Source: Takakia lepidozioides (lineage: Eukaryota; Plantae; Bryophyta). From it: 64,000 nucleotides of DNA. Below are positions 13,323 through 24,939 of this stretch, piece by piece. The notes beneath the pieces were generated by a model. That model ran no database searches. It saw only the letters and a list, made by a program, of their open reading frames with translations, and was not told where the DNA came from. The position numbers and the translations under genes were made by a program. The DNA lies in the NCBI GenBank assembly GCA_030704615.1, contig CM060734.1, positions 11,718,001-11,782,000 on the forward strand, read 5' to 3'. Position 1 is the first letter of the stretch; each line of letters opens with the position of its first letter.

Positions 13323-14834
13323 CTCGTAGTCCTCTATCTATACAACATAGTTGTATTCAATTATGAGTTCAGTGTAAAACAATTTTTTGCAGTCCACACA
13401 AAGTAGCAGGGGCTTATGTTACACAGGGCTGTGTTGTTAGTTTAGTATATAAGCATATAATGGTCTGGAGGAAATACAAGATTTGGATGGGCTGTCACAA
13501 AAGGAAATTTTTGTTGGCCCTCGTCATATGTAGAAAGTCAAGGCTTAGGTTATATCATTACCTCTGTATCATTCTTTTTAGCCAGTGTTTCGTGATCATG
13601 AAGCTGCAAACTTCAAACTACATGGCAAACTTCCAATGGTAATGTGAGTTCTACATTTGTAGTTCCAACTTTCGAAGTACATGTTCCATGGCTGTCCAGA
13701 ACAGACCACTTCTGACACCAACCTAGTTTGCACAAGACCTGTTTGCACAAGACCTGCCTGAACTTAGAGTGAATCCTTATCTAAAATTAAGATCTCTCTA
13801 ATGCTGGAGCCATCACATGGCAACATTAAATGTAGTCCTGGCCAAATTTCTGATTATGAAACAAGAAACCAAGTGAATATCTTCTTGTAGCTTCAGTGAT
13901 GTCTGCTAATGAGACAAGCTGCCAACCAGCCGCATTTACTTTGCCGACAAAGTTTCACTTCATCTGCCTGAGTACCGGTCCACCATGACTTTACCTAGTG
14001 GGTGCCACATAGCGTGCCTGTAAAAACCATCAGGTGAGAATGATAGGAGAAGCCCACATTCTCTTCCACATTCGTGCGCCTCAGGACAAATACGTTTGTT
14101 TGATTGCTTGAGTTGATTCTGGCTCTTGACGCAAGAAGCTCCCCAACAGCCTAATGATCAGAAAATTTCAAGTATAGATACATATTACGCTATTGACTCA
14201 CCCTTTTTTCAGTGCTGCTACCTCCCCTTAGTAAGCAAAGATTGAAATTGCACAGTCAGCACTCAGCATCTCAGCACTATGCCATCTGATGGCTTCACAG
14301 GTCTCATCAGTGTTGAAGACATAAAATTCAAGGTTTGAAAAGATCCCAACTTACCCACCAATAGTCCTCTACAGTAGCCTGGTTCTCTGGGTCTGGCATG
14401 TTTCGTCTTCATTCCTGACTGGTTGGATCCTTTCTGGTCAACTATCAGGTCCAAACCCAGCTTCATTGTTTGGGGATTTTTGGACCACAACTGCAAGTTC
14501 TCGATTGGTTGTAGCTCATCAGAAGTAGTATCCGCCAAAACCACCTAGTGTCCAACACCCAACTAGGCCTGAAAGTAGTACCTCGCTTGGCTTGTTGTTG
14601 GCAAGAAGAGCACTGGTTAATCCTTGTGTCACGGACTCTTTTGGAAAAACCTGAAATGCAAGCACATCTACAAGTAACCAACGACTTGGAGGCATACAGA
14701 TGGGTGCGCTCTGCCATCTGAGCAATCAGATGGCTTGCCAGATTGCGCTTCGAAACTCACAAAGATTAGGCATTCTTGTTGCATGGACAGGCAAGCATAG
14801 GGAAATGCCTATAGAGGAACTCCAGAACCAGGAG

Positions 14835-14895
14835 GAGGTTAGCTATTTCATGAGCATGAGCGGAGAAGTAAGACAATCGGTTTTCATGAGCAGAA
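14835..14895 (+). repeat. Copy of the terminal sequence found at 40540-40618 (putative Mutator-like terminus)
   Basis: GAGGTTAGCTATTTCATGAGCATGAGCGGAGAAGTAAGACAATCGGTTTTCATGAGCAGAA is near-identical to 40540-40618, which has two extra 9-bp CATGAGYGG units. Confidence 0.75.
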
Positions 14896-16155
14896 ATCAT
14901 TTCTTTTTTCTTTTTTTTTTGAGAGAGGCTGCAGGAGACTAAGGATGAGTAGGTCCATAGCAGCGAGACAAGACTACAGAGGCTCATTGATTCTGCGTCC
15001 AGAGGATTCAAACGAGAGGTGGGCTTTGGATTTGCCCTTTCTAGAGGTTCTCTTATGCCTCCAATTCCTATCTGATTCTTCCTGCTCCATAGATAGTTGG
15101 GCGCTAGTGGAGCTGCCAACATGGCGGGATGCTGTCGTTCCAGACAATCGATGAGTATGATGTCCTTGTGCAGATGACGTTCCCTTTCCCCAGGCGTTAT
15201 CAAAGCCAGTGAAAAGCTGTTGTCTCCTTCGTTGCGCACATCGAGAAGTAGCTGCACAGAGAACATTCCAGGCCTTTCTCGCTTCAGTCATTAAATCTGA
15301 GTGGATCATGAAGAAAACCTTCGCACAGGGTGATCCAGCGAAAAAAACAAACAAAAAAAATTGCCTCCCCAACGACGCACTCACCCTTGCACCGATTTTG
15401 AGTTAAATCGAATTTAAATGAATTTAAAATAAATATTTGCATTTAGAAAATATATGATTGCGGTTTTGAGGGGCGTAATGATTTTATTTTTAGCTCTATT
15501 TTATTCTGTGACATCGGGCTTTGCACCACTACAGCCATGCAAAAAGTGGGACATAAAAAAAATGGAAAAAAAAAATAAGTCTGTTTCTAGGGTCACTTTT
15601 GCAGAACTCTCTATGAAGAGTGCATGAAGTTGAAGATAACTCAACTTTGGAGTGCAAATGAGAGAACAAAATCTGGTTATGGGTCCAAATGACTTTTGTT
15701 TACTCCCAAATTTTGCACGCACATTGCATATGCTATCATTAAGCATATGGCTTGAAAATAGAATAAAAAAAAATTCATCTGCAGGCGAAACACAATTTTC
15801 CGTCTCTATAACACGTAGCTGCGTTCAACACTAGAATGACCAATTGAATCAACTTGGTTCAAGCTCATATTTGGTCCACATGTGCATAAGTATGTTTAGA
15901 TCAGATATGCAAAGTTGCAACCCACACGAGCAACAAGAAATTTTTTTACATCAATCGATTAATCGGATGTATACAAAGTACATCATGAGAATATCTACAA
16001 TGCCCCTACATTGGCTCCTGGATTGATACTTGGGTCAATCCCAAATGTCAATATATAAAAGCTAGCTATTTCCTAGCTAACTTCACACCAGTGGTAAAAT
16101 AACTTCACAAGGGATTGTAACAGAAGTGTTTTTTTTTTTTTTTTTTGGTCACGAC

Positions 16156-16800
16156 TTAGAACAGAACAAAAAAGTTGGGTGATGATGATAGCTTGGCAAT
16201 GGACATAGGGAGAAAACTTGGGAATTTTGGGGGGTTGTGAATGAAGCTGTGACAGAGCAAGTTCTGACCAAATTTTTTTTTGTGTTTCATGGGACTAATA
16301 ATCATGGTGGAGTAATATGGTCGGGGGATCGTGTTTGGTAATTGTCGATGTTGATGAAGGGAAAACACTAAGATTTAGTGTGTTCCATGAGGAGTTTGTG
16401 AATTTGTCATATTGCATGGTTGTGTCTAGTGATCCTGATTTCATGTACATTAGAGTGTGTATATTGATTAACTGAGGTCATGTATCACAGGCTGGTGGAG
16501 ATAATGTAAATATGGATCAGTATAATGGGCCGGAGGAGTATATTTGAGGCCAAAAGAGATGTTTCCACTAGTTGCCCGTGTATTGCGCATTATAAATTAA
16601 AGGGTTTGTGTGATTATGACATCTTGGTAGCAGCTTTGATGTGCGACAAATAGTTGGAGAAATTGTGGTTTTGTATTTGGGATTGAATCCATTTTTGGAT
16701 ATGGGTTTTGGTGTGGGCAATCGATGCCGCCTGTTTGTGTATTTTTTATGTAAAGAATGTAATCTAGGTTTAGGAAGGTTCGGTTTATGGTATGTGAGCC
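16156..16800 (-). mobile_element. Degenerate fragment of an RNase H/RLE-type (Dualen-like) LINE: post-RNase H linker and CCHC region
   Basis: The minus strand at 16681-16740 encodes KQAASIAHTKTHIQKWIQS, matching KQAAASISHTKVHIQKWTQS that follows the RNase H at about 23630-23690. It is followed by decayed GN.WKHLFWP and RHNHAI motifs. Confidence 0.6.
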
Positions 16801-16830
16801 AGAAATGGGGTGTGTGAGAGATTATGTATA

Positions 16831-16915
16831 GGGCCCACCCCCGAAAGGGGGCAGTTGCCGTGAGGCGAAGTGACTCTTAGTTACGCCGGCCTCGGCCGGA
16901 GTCTTCTCTCTCTCT
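16831..16915 (+). ncRNA. Structured 3'-terminal RNA motif of the RLE-type LINE with (CT)n tail (copy C)
   Basis: GGGCCCA-CCCCC GAAA GGGGG-CAGTT-GCC GTGA GGC-GAAGTGACTC-TTAGTT-ACGCCGGC CTCG GCCGGAGT-(CT)n. Two more copies lie on the minus strand at 17338-17410 and 17667-17738. Confidence 0.6.
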
Positions 16916-16924
16916 TTGTGTGAG

Positions 16925-17130
16925 AGATATGTTAGTATCCTAGCCCACTCACAGTTATCACTGAAAGAACTAGAGACGACATCCATACCCAAAGTATTGT
17001 AAACTCAGTCACAATAACTTCAATCTCCCAATCAACCTCATCAAAAAATGCTTGAAAAATATTTATTTCATAGCCATATGTTCTCTCATGACCATCATCA
17101 CAAACAAATGCAACATAAAAAATAACATTA
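16925..17130 (+). mobile_element. 5'-truncated C-terminal fragment of the same LINE family
   Basis: Encodes PLTVIT...DIH...NNFNLPINLIKKCLKNIYFIAICSLMTIITNK, homologous to the tail at 17820-18077 (minus strand). Confidence 0.6.
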
Positions 17131-17152
17131 CTTGGTGTAACTATCATTGACA

Positions 17153-17230
17153 ACCAAGTTGTAGCATAGTGGTAATTGGAACATATAACCACCTCGGAAG
17201 TGGTCGTGGGTTCAATCCACCGACTGGTGT
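17153..17230 (+). mobile_element. tRNA-derived SINE head or tRNA-like pseudogene
   Basis: Pol III A box TAGCATAGTGG (17162-17172) and B box GGTTCAATCC (17209-17218), with acceptor-like pairing ACCAAGTTG/CGACTGGT. The anticodon arm is not canonical. Confidence 0.5.
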
Positions 17231-17325
17231 GACAAAGGTATCCATCTTTGTGTCGTTAGGCAGTAGGCCTTTGCAGGATGAAGAGACACCATAAATTATG
17301 CTTCTTTCGGAAGACCTAAAATAGA

Positions 17326-17633
17326 GAGAAGAGAGAAGACTCCAGTCGAAACCGGCATAACTAAGAGCCATTTCGCCTTACGGCTACTGTCCCCTTTCGG
17401 GGGTGGGCCCTATAAAGAAAACAGGTGTCCGAGGGACACCGGGTATTAACCATGTGATAGCGGTGCCTAGGGTATCTAGGGTAACGAAGAGGGATTGGAT
17501 TCAAGTTGTCGCTTATTGGACATAATGGTTGTGAGAGAGCAAAGCACGTGAGGTATATAACTTCAAAACATGTGTGCATTAGGGGGATAGAGATATGAAG
17601 GTTTTTGTGTAGTGCGATGATACTGGCGTTATG

Positions 17634-17665
<32 letters not shown>

Positions 17666-18077
17666 TGACGCCGGCCGGGCCGGCGTAACTAAGAGCCACT
17701 TCGCCTTGCAGCTACTACCCTCTTTCGGGGGTGGGCCCTATGAAAACTAGAGGGTGCCTGGAGGGCACCCAGTGACCAAGGGAGCAAGTACCCGAGGTAT
17801 CAAGAGATCCCATAGCCTCCTTTTGTTGGTGATAATAGCAGTGAGAGAGCTTAGCGCCGTCAGGTGGATTGCTTTGAAGCATTTGAGTATGGGGGAGAAA
17901 GGGATTTTGAAGTTTTTATGAAGAGCAGAGATACTAGCATTGTGGATACTGCCTTTGGTGCCAGCGGTAATGATGGTTAGGGGGCCGGTGGACCAGCCAC
18001 GTCGGTGGATGGCGAGGATGAGCGGGACGTATTTTTGACGTTTTTCTAGTGTGGAAGAGCAGGGGTAGCGGTCATTA
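17326..18077 (-). mobile_element. Two head-to-tail 3' ends of an RLE-type (Dualen-like) LINE, each ending in a (CT)n tail
   Basis: 18077-17820 encodes NDRYPCSSTLEKRQKYVPLILAIHRRGWSTGPLTIITAGTKGSIHNASISALHKNFKIP...SLTAIITNK, a restriction-like endonuclease tail. The second copy (LHNASIIALHKNLHI...SLTTIMSNKRQLE) starts right after the first copy's (CT)n tail at about 17634. Confidence 0.72.
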
Positions 18078-20910
18078 CACTACAACACAAATTGTTTTTT
18101 GCCACGGCCTAATTCACTCTTTTTACTGTGATATCAAACAGGGTCCACACTTTCCCCCAGTGTGTAAACAGACTAGTTGTTTCAGACAGGTGTGGCAAAC
18201 GGTGGCTGTGTGGAAACGACCATGCCACACTTCATCCACAGCTGACATGGACAATGGTGGCCGTGGCTGGCCACCTGGGCATGCACATAGGGCACGCCAC
18301 GTGGATACGCCACGCGCCACGGGGAGGAGACTGCACGTGGCAGCCCCGGATCGCACCTGTCGCCGTGACGTGGAACAATATAGCGGTGACACGTGGCAAT
18401 TTGGACATGGCACGGGGGGGGCACGTGACATATTGGGGGGACGACACGTGGATTTTTGGACATGGTTGCGGGGGCCACGTGGAATAATTTCAAACGCGAC
18501 ACGTGGATTTTCTGGAAAACCGGGGGGCCACGCGGAGTGAGGACGCAATGACACGTGTTCTAAAATTATAAAATTCCGAAATTCCATACATACGTACACA
18601 CTACACATACTACACAAAATCAGTATACAGACTCTGCACACAAACAATAGGCATGCATCATTGCGCATACATATACTTGCTACCAAACGGTTCCCAAAAT
18701 GACGCTTCATTGAAATGTTCATATTAAGGTCTGCCATGTGGTCTGCCTGCATGAAGATACACTTCCAGCATTTGGAGACGTTGCAGCTACGTCAAAACTA
18801 CTCACCGGACCCGTGACATGCTGCACTACTCTACATAATCCAAACCTGCCAAGCTGAACAACAAAAAACCGAGCTACAACTTCGGCACTTCAGATGCTCC
18901 AACACAAAACTCCACGACCACTATGCCAGGAACTGAGCAGCAGTTCTACCAATGTCTTAAAGGACAAGCACAAAAACAAAAACTGATGGATTGTCCGGTA
19001 CTGTGGAAGAGGGGCACCTTAGCAGCCATCACGCAACTGCTCGGACAAACACAATATGAAAACTAGGGTTCAAAGCGTAGTCCACTGCACACTACCATAA
19101 AGCTATTGCCACATGGAATCATATGTAATCTAGTGCTTGAAATCTGGTCCTCTTTGATGAATCTGCACCCATGCTCTATCCCTGCTCCTTCAGCTATCCA
19201 TGCCTCTGCACATATCATGCATTCATCCTTGCCTTGCTGCTAGCAGCTGACAATGACAGCCTAGATTTGTTCTAGGAAACACCCAACTCAGCTTATCACA
19301 CTAGTTCCTATGCTGAATTGCATCTGCTGCTCCCTGGAATATAACATGCATTCACCTTTTTGCCTCGGTTGTCCCACCATTGACTGGGGTCAGAAAAGTA
19401 TTCATCCCACAGCTTCTCCTTATAGTAAAATCACAACTCACTATTTCATACAAATTTATACGGACTAAGATTTATAACTACAGTAGAGACATACTCCAAT
19501 TTTTTATTATTATAAAAAAGATCATCTATGAAAGAGCTATGGACTCTTAAATTGAATCTTATGGACTATAGTGTTACACAAGAAAAACCATATGGACTAA
19601 AAAAACATCATATACACCTAAGTAATAGCAAAATGGAAAACAAATTAGGGGCGCCATTTTTGAAAGCTACCCAAATGCACTTTTATATGGACTAAAAACA
19701 TCAAGGAATGAAAGGTATTGACTAATTTATACTAAACACTGGGCCCAAACTGGGCTTATTTTCCCTAATGTACATCATCCTCATTTAGAGGCTTTTGGGA
19801 TATCATCATTACTAAAAAGGTATAAAAACCTATAATCTAGAGGTGCCAAGTGATATATGGAAAAATTCAAAAATCTAATTATTATAAATAAAAAGTGGTT
19901 TTCTATTTTCAGAATTAAATACTAAAATTTTTAATAAAAAAACTATAGCGTACTTGAGGTGGGACTTTTTACTAAAAGTGTTAAATATCATATCTATAAA
20001 CTAAAATTAAATATTTGAATAAATTCCCTCCATTTGAGGTACCTATATAGACTTTCATGGAGAAAAAATCTACCTCTTTTGGTCACCCTGCAACTGCCCT
20101 AGGCATATCATTGGATCATCATCCTCCATGCACCCATGTTTGGCATACATGTGCACAAGGGCATAGTTCAGATCGACATCTAGTACAATTCCAGCTTGGA
20201 CGATGTGGTTGCGCTGCAATACCCCTTCCCACACCACTTGCTCATACGTCTCCAAAGGGCCTCCATCCTGCGCTGCTGTTGTGCATATCCTGGGATCATC
20301 CTCCTCCTCCATGCACCCACATTTGGCATACAAGTCCACAATTCCAGCTTGGACGATGTCACCACAAACTCCGTCTTCACTCATTGCCTACTCTAGTTAA
20401 GTGCAATTATGGGCTAGGCTGATACCACATCTCATTCAACCATATTATCAAACATGCCATTTGTATCCTTGTAGTTGTACCCAAACTTGGCATACATGTG
20501 CACTACGGCAACGTTCAGAATCATATCAGATACAATACCAGCTTTGGCGATATCACCGTGGACCTCTGCACCCTTTTCTAGGGCTGTCAGGCTTGCATTT
20601 GACATACATATCGACCAAGGCAGTGTTTAGAGACATCTAGTGGTACAATTCCAGCTTTGACGATGTCACCATGGACCTTTGCGTCCTTTCCAGGGCTAGC
20701 AGGCTCGCATTTGACATACATATACACCAGGGGATGTTCAGAATGACATCAGAAACAATTCCAGCTTTGATGATGCGATCACCATGAACCTCTTGGCCCC
20801 TTCCCAGAGCTGCTAGGCTCGCATATGCATATTACAAACACAAATGAACATGACCTAGTCTGGCTTCATCCTTTCCCACATCATTTTCTCTTAGGTTTCC
20901 AAAGCCTTAA
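18078..20910. mobile_element. Non-autonomous CACTA element 1 (only left end found) carrying OSB-like and PPR fragments
   Basis: Starts CACTACAACACAAATT exactly where the LINE reading frame breaks (after TTA). Dense CACGTG/GCCACG subterminal repeats at 18190-18560. 19140-19420 is the reverse complement of sequence within 50845-51310 in CACTA element 3. No right TIR seen. Confidence 0.7.
20080..20910 (-). pseudogene. PLS-type PPR gene fragments inside CACTA element 1
   Basis: Repeated HIVQAGIVLDVDLNYALVHMYAKHGCMED and IVDLYAKCGCMEE units, with deletions and frameshifts. Confidence 0.85.
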
Positions 20911-20914
20911 TCCC

Positions 20915-22213
20915 ACACGGTCCACGGCTTGGACCGCTACGCGCGGATCTGCGCCCCGCCACGTGGCGGGGGCATTTTACCCAGCGGACAATGCGTCTGC
21001 AAATTCCCTTAAAGGGGGGTTTTCTTACCTTTAGCTATTAGATTCAATTTATACCCCTCTAAGGGTTAGGAGCCATTATGTAAGGCGCCAATGGTAGATA
21101 AAATCTAGGATTTTGGGAGGACGCAGCCTTGGAGGGGAGCGTTCTTATGACTCCAAGAGAGAGCCAAGCGGGCCTGTGAGCAGTGAGCTAGAGGCGGAGA
21201 CCTCGAGAGACAAGGGAGGAGAGAAAATACTCTGTCCTAAAAACTCGGCTACAGTGCGCCTTTGTGTCAGAGCCCAAGGTAGAGGATGACTTTTTCCACG
21301 GAGGGAAAGCGAACCAGCGCCTTAAAATAATGTAAAGGGGTGAAATCTGGCTTGGACCCACCAGTGGTTATTTGATTATTTACTCATGCATGTTCTGGAC
21401 TAACGAATGTAGTGGCAGGGATGAACTCTCAGCGAGATTCATTCATCCGATAGGGCCGCGGCAGTTCCCCGCGGCAGGGAATGGTTCCCGGGTATTCCTC
21501 GGTTCTCATTGGGTTCCCACAGGGTTCCCAATGGCATCTTTAGGCGCCAAGAGTATCTTTGGATTCCCCACATGATTTCCCATATGAGAGGAATTTTTCC
21601 TGATTTTCTTAATTTCTTTTATTTTCCAGCATTTCTGATTTGTGAAATTGCTTAAATAGGATAGATGCACGTGGTGCACGTTATAGCCTGAAGGGTGTTG
21701 ATTAAACTTATTGAACTTATTGAGTTGAGGGGCTTAGAACCACCTTATTGAACCTGATGAAGCTATTGGATTATGATAGGTATTTTGGCCACTCCTTTGC
21801 TAAGACAAAGTATTTTAGGCACTGGGGTAGGAAGCGTTGGCCCTTCCATCAAAGATGACTTGAACTTAAGCACTCGGTGAAGGAGGGGCATTGGGAGAGG
21901 AAGATTTCCCCTCTTCTTCCTAGGCTCGGCAAGTGCCTTGTGAAGGGATTAAAACATGTCCCGGCTATAGGCGGCTCAGGGGCCTAGGCGGTAGGAATTA
22001 GACAATAAAACACAAAGACTTGGAAGGCAGTTACTGAATAGATTGTAGGATACCGTATGACTTAGAAACGCAAACTCGCCCTGTGAAGAGGAGTACGTGA
22101 TTTCTCTTTGCCGGTAGGACTTAGATAGTGATCATAGCCACCATGTACGACCACGGACCCCCTGCACTAACCGTAGTTGGGTAGGTGGTTCAATGAGCCC
22201 AATCTACACCGCA
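20915..22213 (+). mobile_element. LTR-like non-coding repeat that truncates CACTA element 1
   Basis: Abrupt switch from PPR sequence, GC-rich palindromic start, GA-rich tract and no ORFs. Boundaries are not confirmed by a second copy. Confidence 0.25.
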
Positions 22214-23009
22214 ACTTACCACGACCCCCCTAGACTAATATGCCGTCACCCCGACCACGCGCGCTCAGGGCTCGTCAAGGCCCAATCCCAAACAACCTTC
22301 TGGAATGGCTCTAGAGACAATATTCCCACGCACCCAACCACCCACCATCTCTACAACCTCCCAAACAAGACTTTGCCACTGAAATCGATTGGTTAGTCCA
22401 AAGATATCTCAAAGACACCCCCCCCCCCCAAAAAGCCACGCCCCCCGACCCGGCTAGCACAGGCATCACCCACTGTACCCTTCCCCCAGACATCCTCACA
22501 CTAAACTCATTACCTTCTTCCACCAGCTCACACACTCATTTACTACTCCAACACCTCACATGCCCCATGGAACTAACCACATATGCCAGCCCATACCATA
22601 GAGACTGCCTTTTCGGAGCCATAGGTACAGCCACCCAGCACACCTGGTCCAGCAGAGGCCTTGCTCACCCCCCACCCGAACCTGCGACATTCGAAGCCCT
22701 CCAATGGGCGCGCTTAGCCGCCAAGTCCTCCCCTGCTGCTCTCACCATACTTCTTCTCTCACACAACAAAAACTTCCAAATGACTCCCACCCCCTCTTAC
22801 GTCTTCCCATTGGTACTCATTTAATAGCAACCATTGATCATCAACTTAAATACTCACACACCCCCCGCTCCTCAAATACCTCCAGCAGAAGGAACCATCT
22901 CTAACTCTTATCTTACTCATACAAACCCCAACTCAGCCCACATCTCTCCTCCTTTCCTCTAAGATGTACACAAACTGCTTACCCACACACACAAAATGAA
23001 AGCGAACAT

Positions 23010-23044
<35 letters not shown>

Positions 23045-23710
23045 ACCAGCCACCCCTGATGCGATACCACCCCGCCCCCTTTCCGCAACATTAAACCCAA
23101 TAAAGCCTGGATAAAGGCTTCTCCGCGCCCGCCACACACCGCTCACATCATAACCCCACTCACCCTCCCGCAAATTTATCAACAAAGAAAAACTCTCAGA
23201 TTCCCCCTCATCCACTCACACTACACGGACGGCTCCGTCATGAACTCGAAGGCCGGTTATGGAATATTCCATGCGGCCACTCAACAAGGGCTTGCCCTCC
23301 GCCTACTTGGCCCTGCCACAATTCTGCGAGCAGAACTTATGGCTATCTATGAGACCATATCAAGACTAGACGCCATTATTCAACTAGCTCTCTCCAAATC
23401 CCAACCCATCCACTTCCGCAAAGTCCGCTCGCATACTGGAATACGAGGCAATGATGTTGCCGACTCATTTGCTCAGGCTGGCGCCGCCCAGCCCCCGGTA
23501 CTCCCATCCTCTGACCCTATTCACATTGCCCACACCCACCCATTCTGGTTCATATACCCCGTCCCTGAACCCCCTGCACCCAGGCCTGTCCACAATCTAC
23601 TTGCCACCCTCACGCATGAGGCTAACAAACAAGCTGCCGCATCAATCAGCCACACTAAAGTCCATATACAGAAATGGACACAATCCGAGACAAACCTGGA
23701 AGACGAAATG
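22214..23710 (+). mobile_element. C-rich LINE fragment with an RNase H domain (Dualen-like family)
   Basis: YTDGS(V)MNSKAGYGIF...TILRAELMAI...FRKVRSHTGIRGNDVADSFA shows RNase HI catalytic motifs, with an internal deletion. Strong C/A strand bias. Confidence 0.85.
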
Positions 23711-24465
23711 TGCGTCTGTTCATGACGAGATGTTGTTGTGGGGAGCTCGCGAGGTCTTACTACCATGCTTACACCCCACCTCCACAATATCTCCTACCGG
23801 ATCGGGCTGTTGAGTTGGTGACTCACTTTTCTGGGCCCGGGAATATATTGCTGATACTGAGGGACAATCGGAACAGGTGTGTGTTGGACGTGCGCGAATA
23901 TCACGATGACGTCGAGGATCTCCCACCTGGGCTGGAATATCTGCTTGTTTTCACGAACCTCTCGAATATAGATATGTTGTATCTTCATGTGCGCCATCTC
24001 CATCCAGATACCGCCAACGGTGACTGGATGAATACAACGCCACTCCTCATTTTGGATATGTTCTTTGACGACTCCGTCGTTCATGTTGTCGATATGAACA
24101 CAGCGGGATAGGCAGTTGAACGGGGAATTTTACAAGAGGAACATTCTTGGGGGTGTTTCATTGGTACAGGCCGTGGTGGTCCTGTACTCTTATGTCCTCC
24201 ATTTGGGGACAATCATTTTTTAGAGAGGACATATGCTCGGACTTGTTCCCATCCAGAATAAATAAAAGATTTTGGTGAAGTATGGGTTCCTCCTGTGAAT
24301 GGTCATGTCCTCATCTTTTTTTAATAGTCCGTGTGGTAGTCATTTCTGAATGAGGTCTGCAACTTTTTCAGTCTTCTGTAATCGGACTTCTTCCCGATTC
24401 AACATGTGATTTCGTACTCTTACTTTTTGAGCATGTGTTTCACAATTTAGAAAAGAACATCCCAG

Positions 24466-24691
24466 ACGGAATGCGGTGCAACATTTCCGTTCCACCATCT
24501 CTTAGGTATCTCACGGGACGGAAATGCGGCACCACATTTCCGTTCCACTATGTCCTAGGCGGTACAGTGGATGAAAATGCGGTACCACATTTCCGTTCGA
24601 CCATATGCTAGCTGGTACAGTGGACGGAAATGCGGTGGCTCTCTTCCAAAGGGAGAGCCCGGACGGAATTGTGATACCGCATTTCCGTTCC
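24466..24691. repeat. Array of five 26-bp palindromes (consensus ACGGAAATGCGGTACCRCATTTCCGT)
   Basis: Units start at 24466, 24518, 24571, 24624 (half unit plus a GGCTCTC/GAGAGCC hairpin) and 24663. Periods are 52, 53, 53 and 39. Confidence 0.85.
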
Positions 24692-24939
24692 GGGATATGC
24701 ACTGGGATGTTTTGTCTCCGATACAACAGAAATGCGGCCTCTCTTTATGATCACAACTTGGTTGTCTAACTGTTTTAACTAACATTCCTGGCACTTGTCA
24801 GTGCAGACGTTCATGTCTGCCTCGAGAATATGGCAGTATGCAACCTTAGGAAAATCTGTCAGGAGATGTTATTGGTTCGCCGAATTCCCCATCATCCACT
24901 CCCTCTTCGCTTACCTCAGTCAACAGTACCCCTATACGT

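Noticed and set aside
17153-17230. Functional tRNA gene
   Set aside because: No clean D or anticodon stems and no T-run terminator; better explained as a SINE head.
19560-19576. Right end of CACTA element 1 (TAGTG followed by TTA)
   Set aside because: The upstream bases do not match the left TIR and LINE sequence does not resume afterwards.
23012-23044. 33-nt poly-C as a functional G-quadruplex or poly-Gly ORF
   Set aside because: Homopolymer in a C-rich decayed LINE; its length may be a slippage or assembly artefact.
24466-24691. CRISPR array
   Set aside because: Eukaryotic context, no cas genes, spacers resemble each other and repeats are degenerate.
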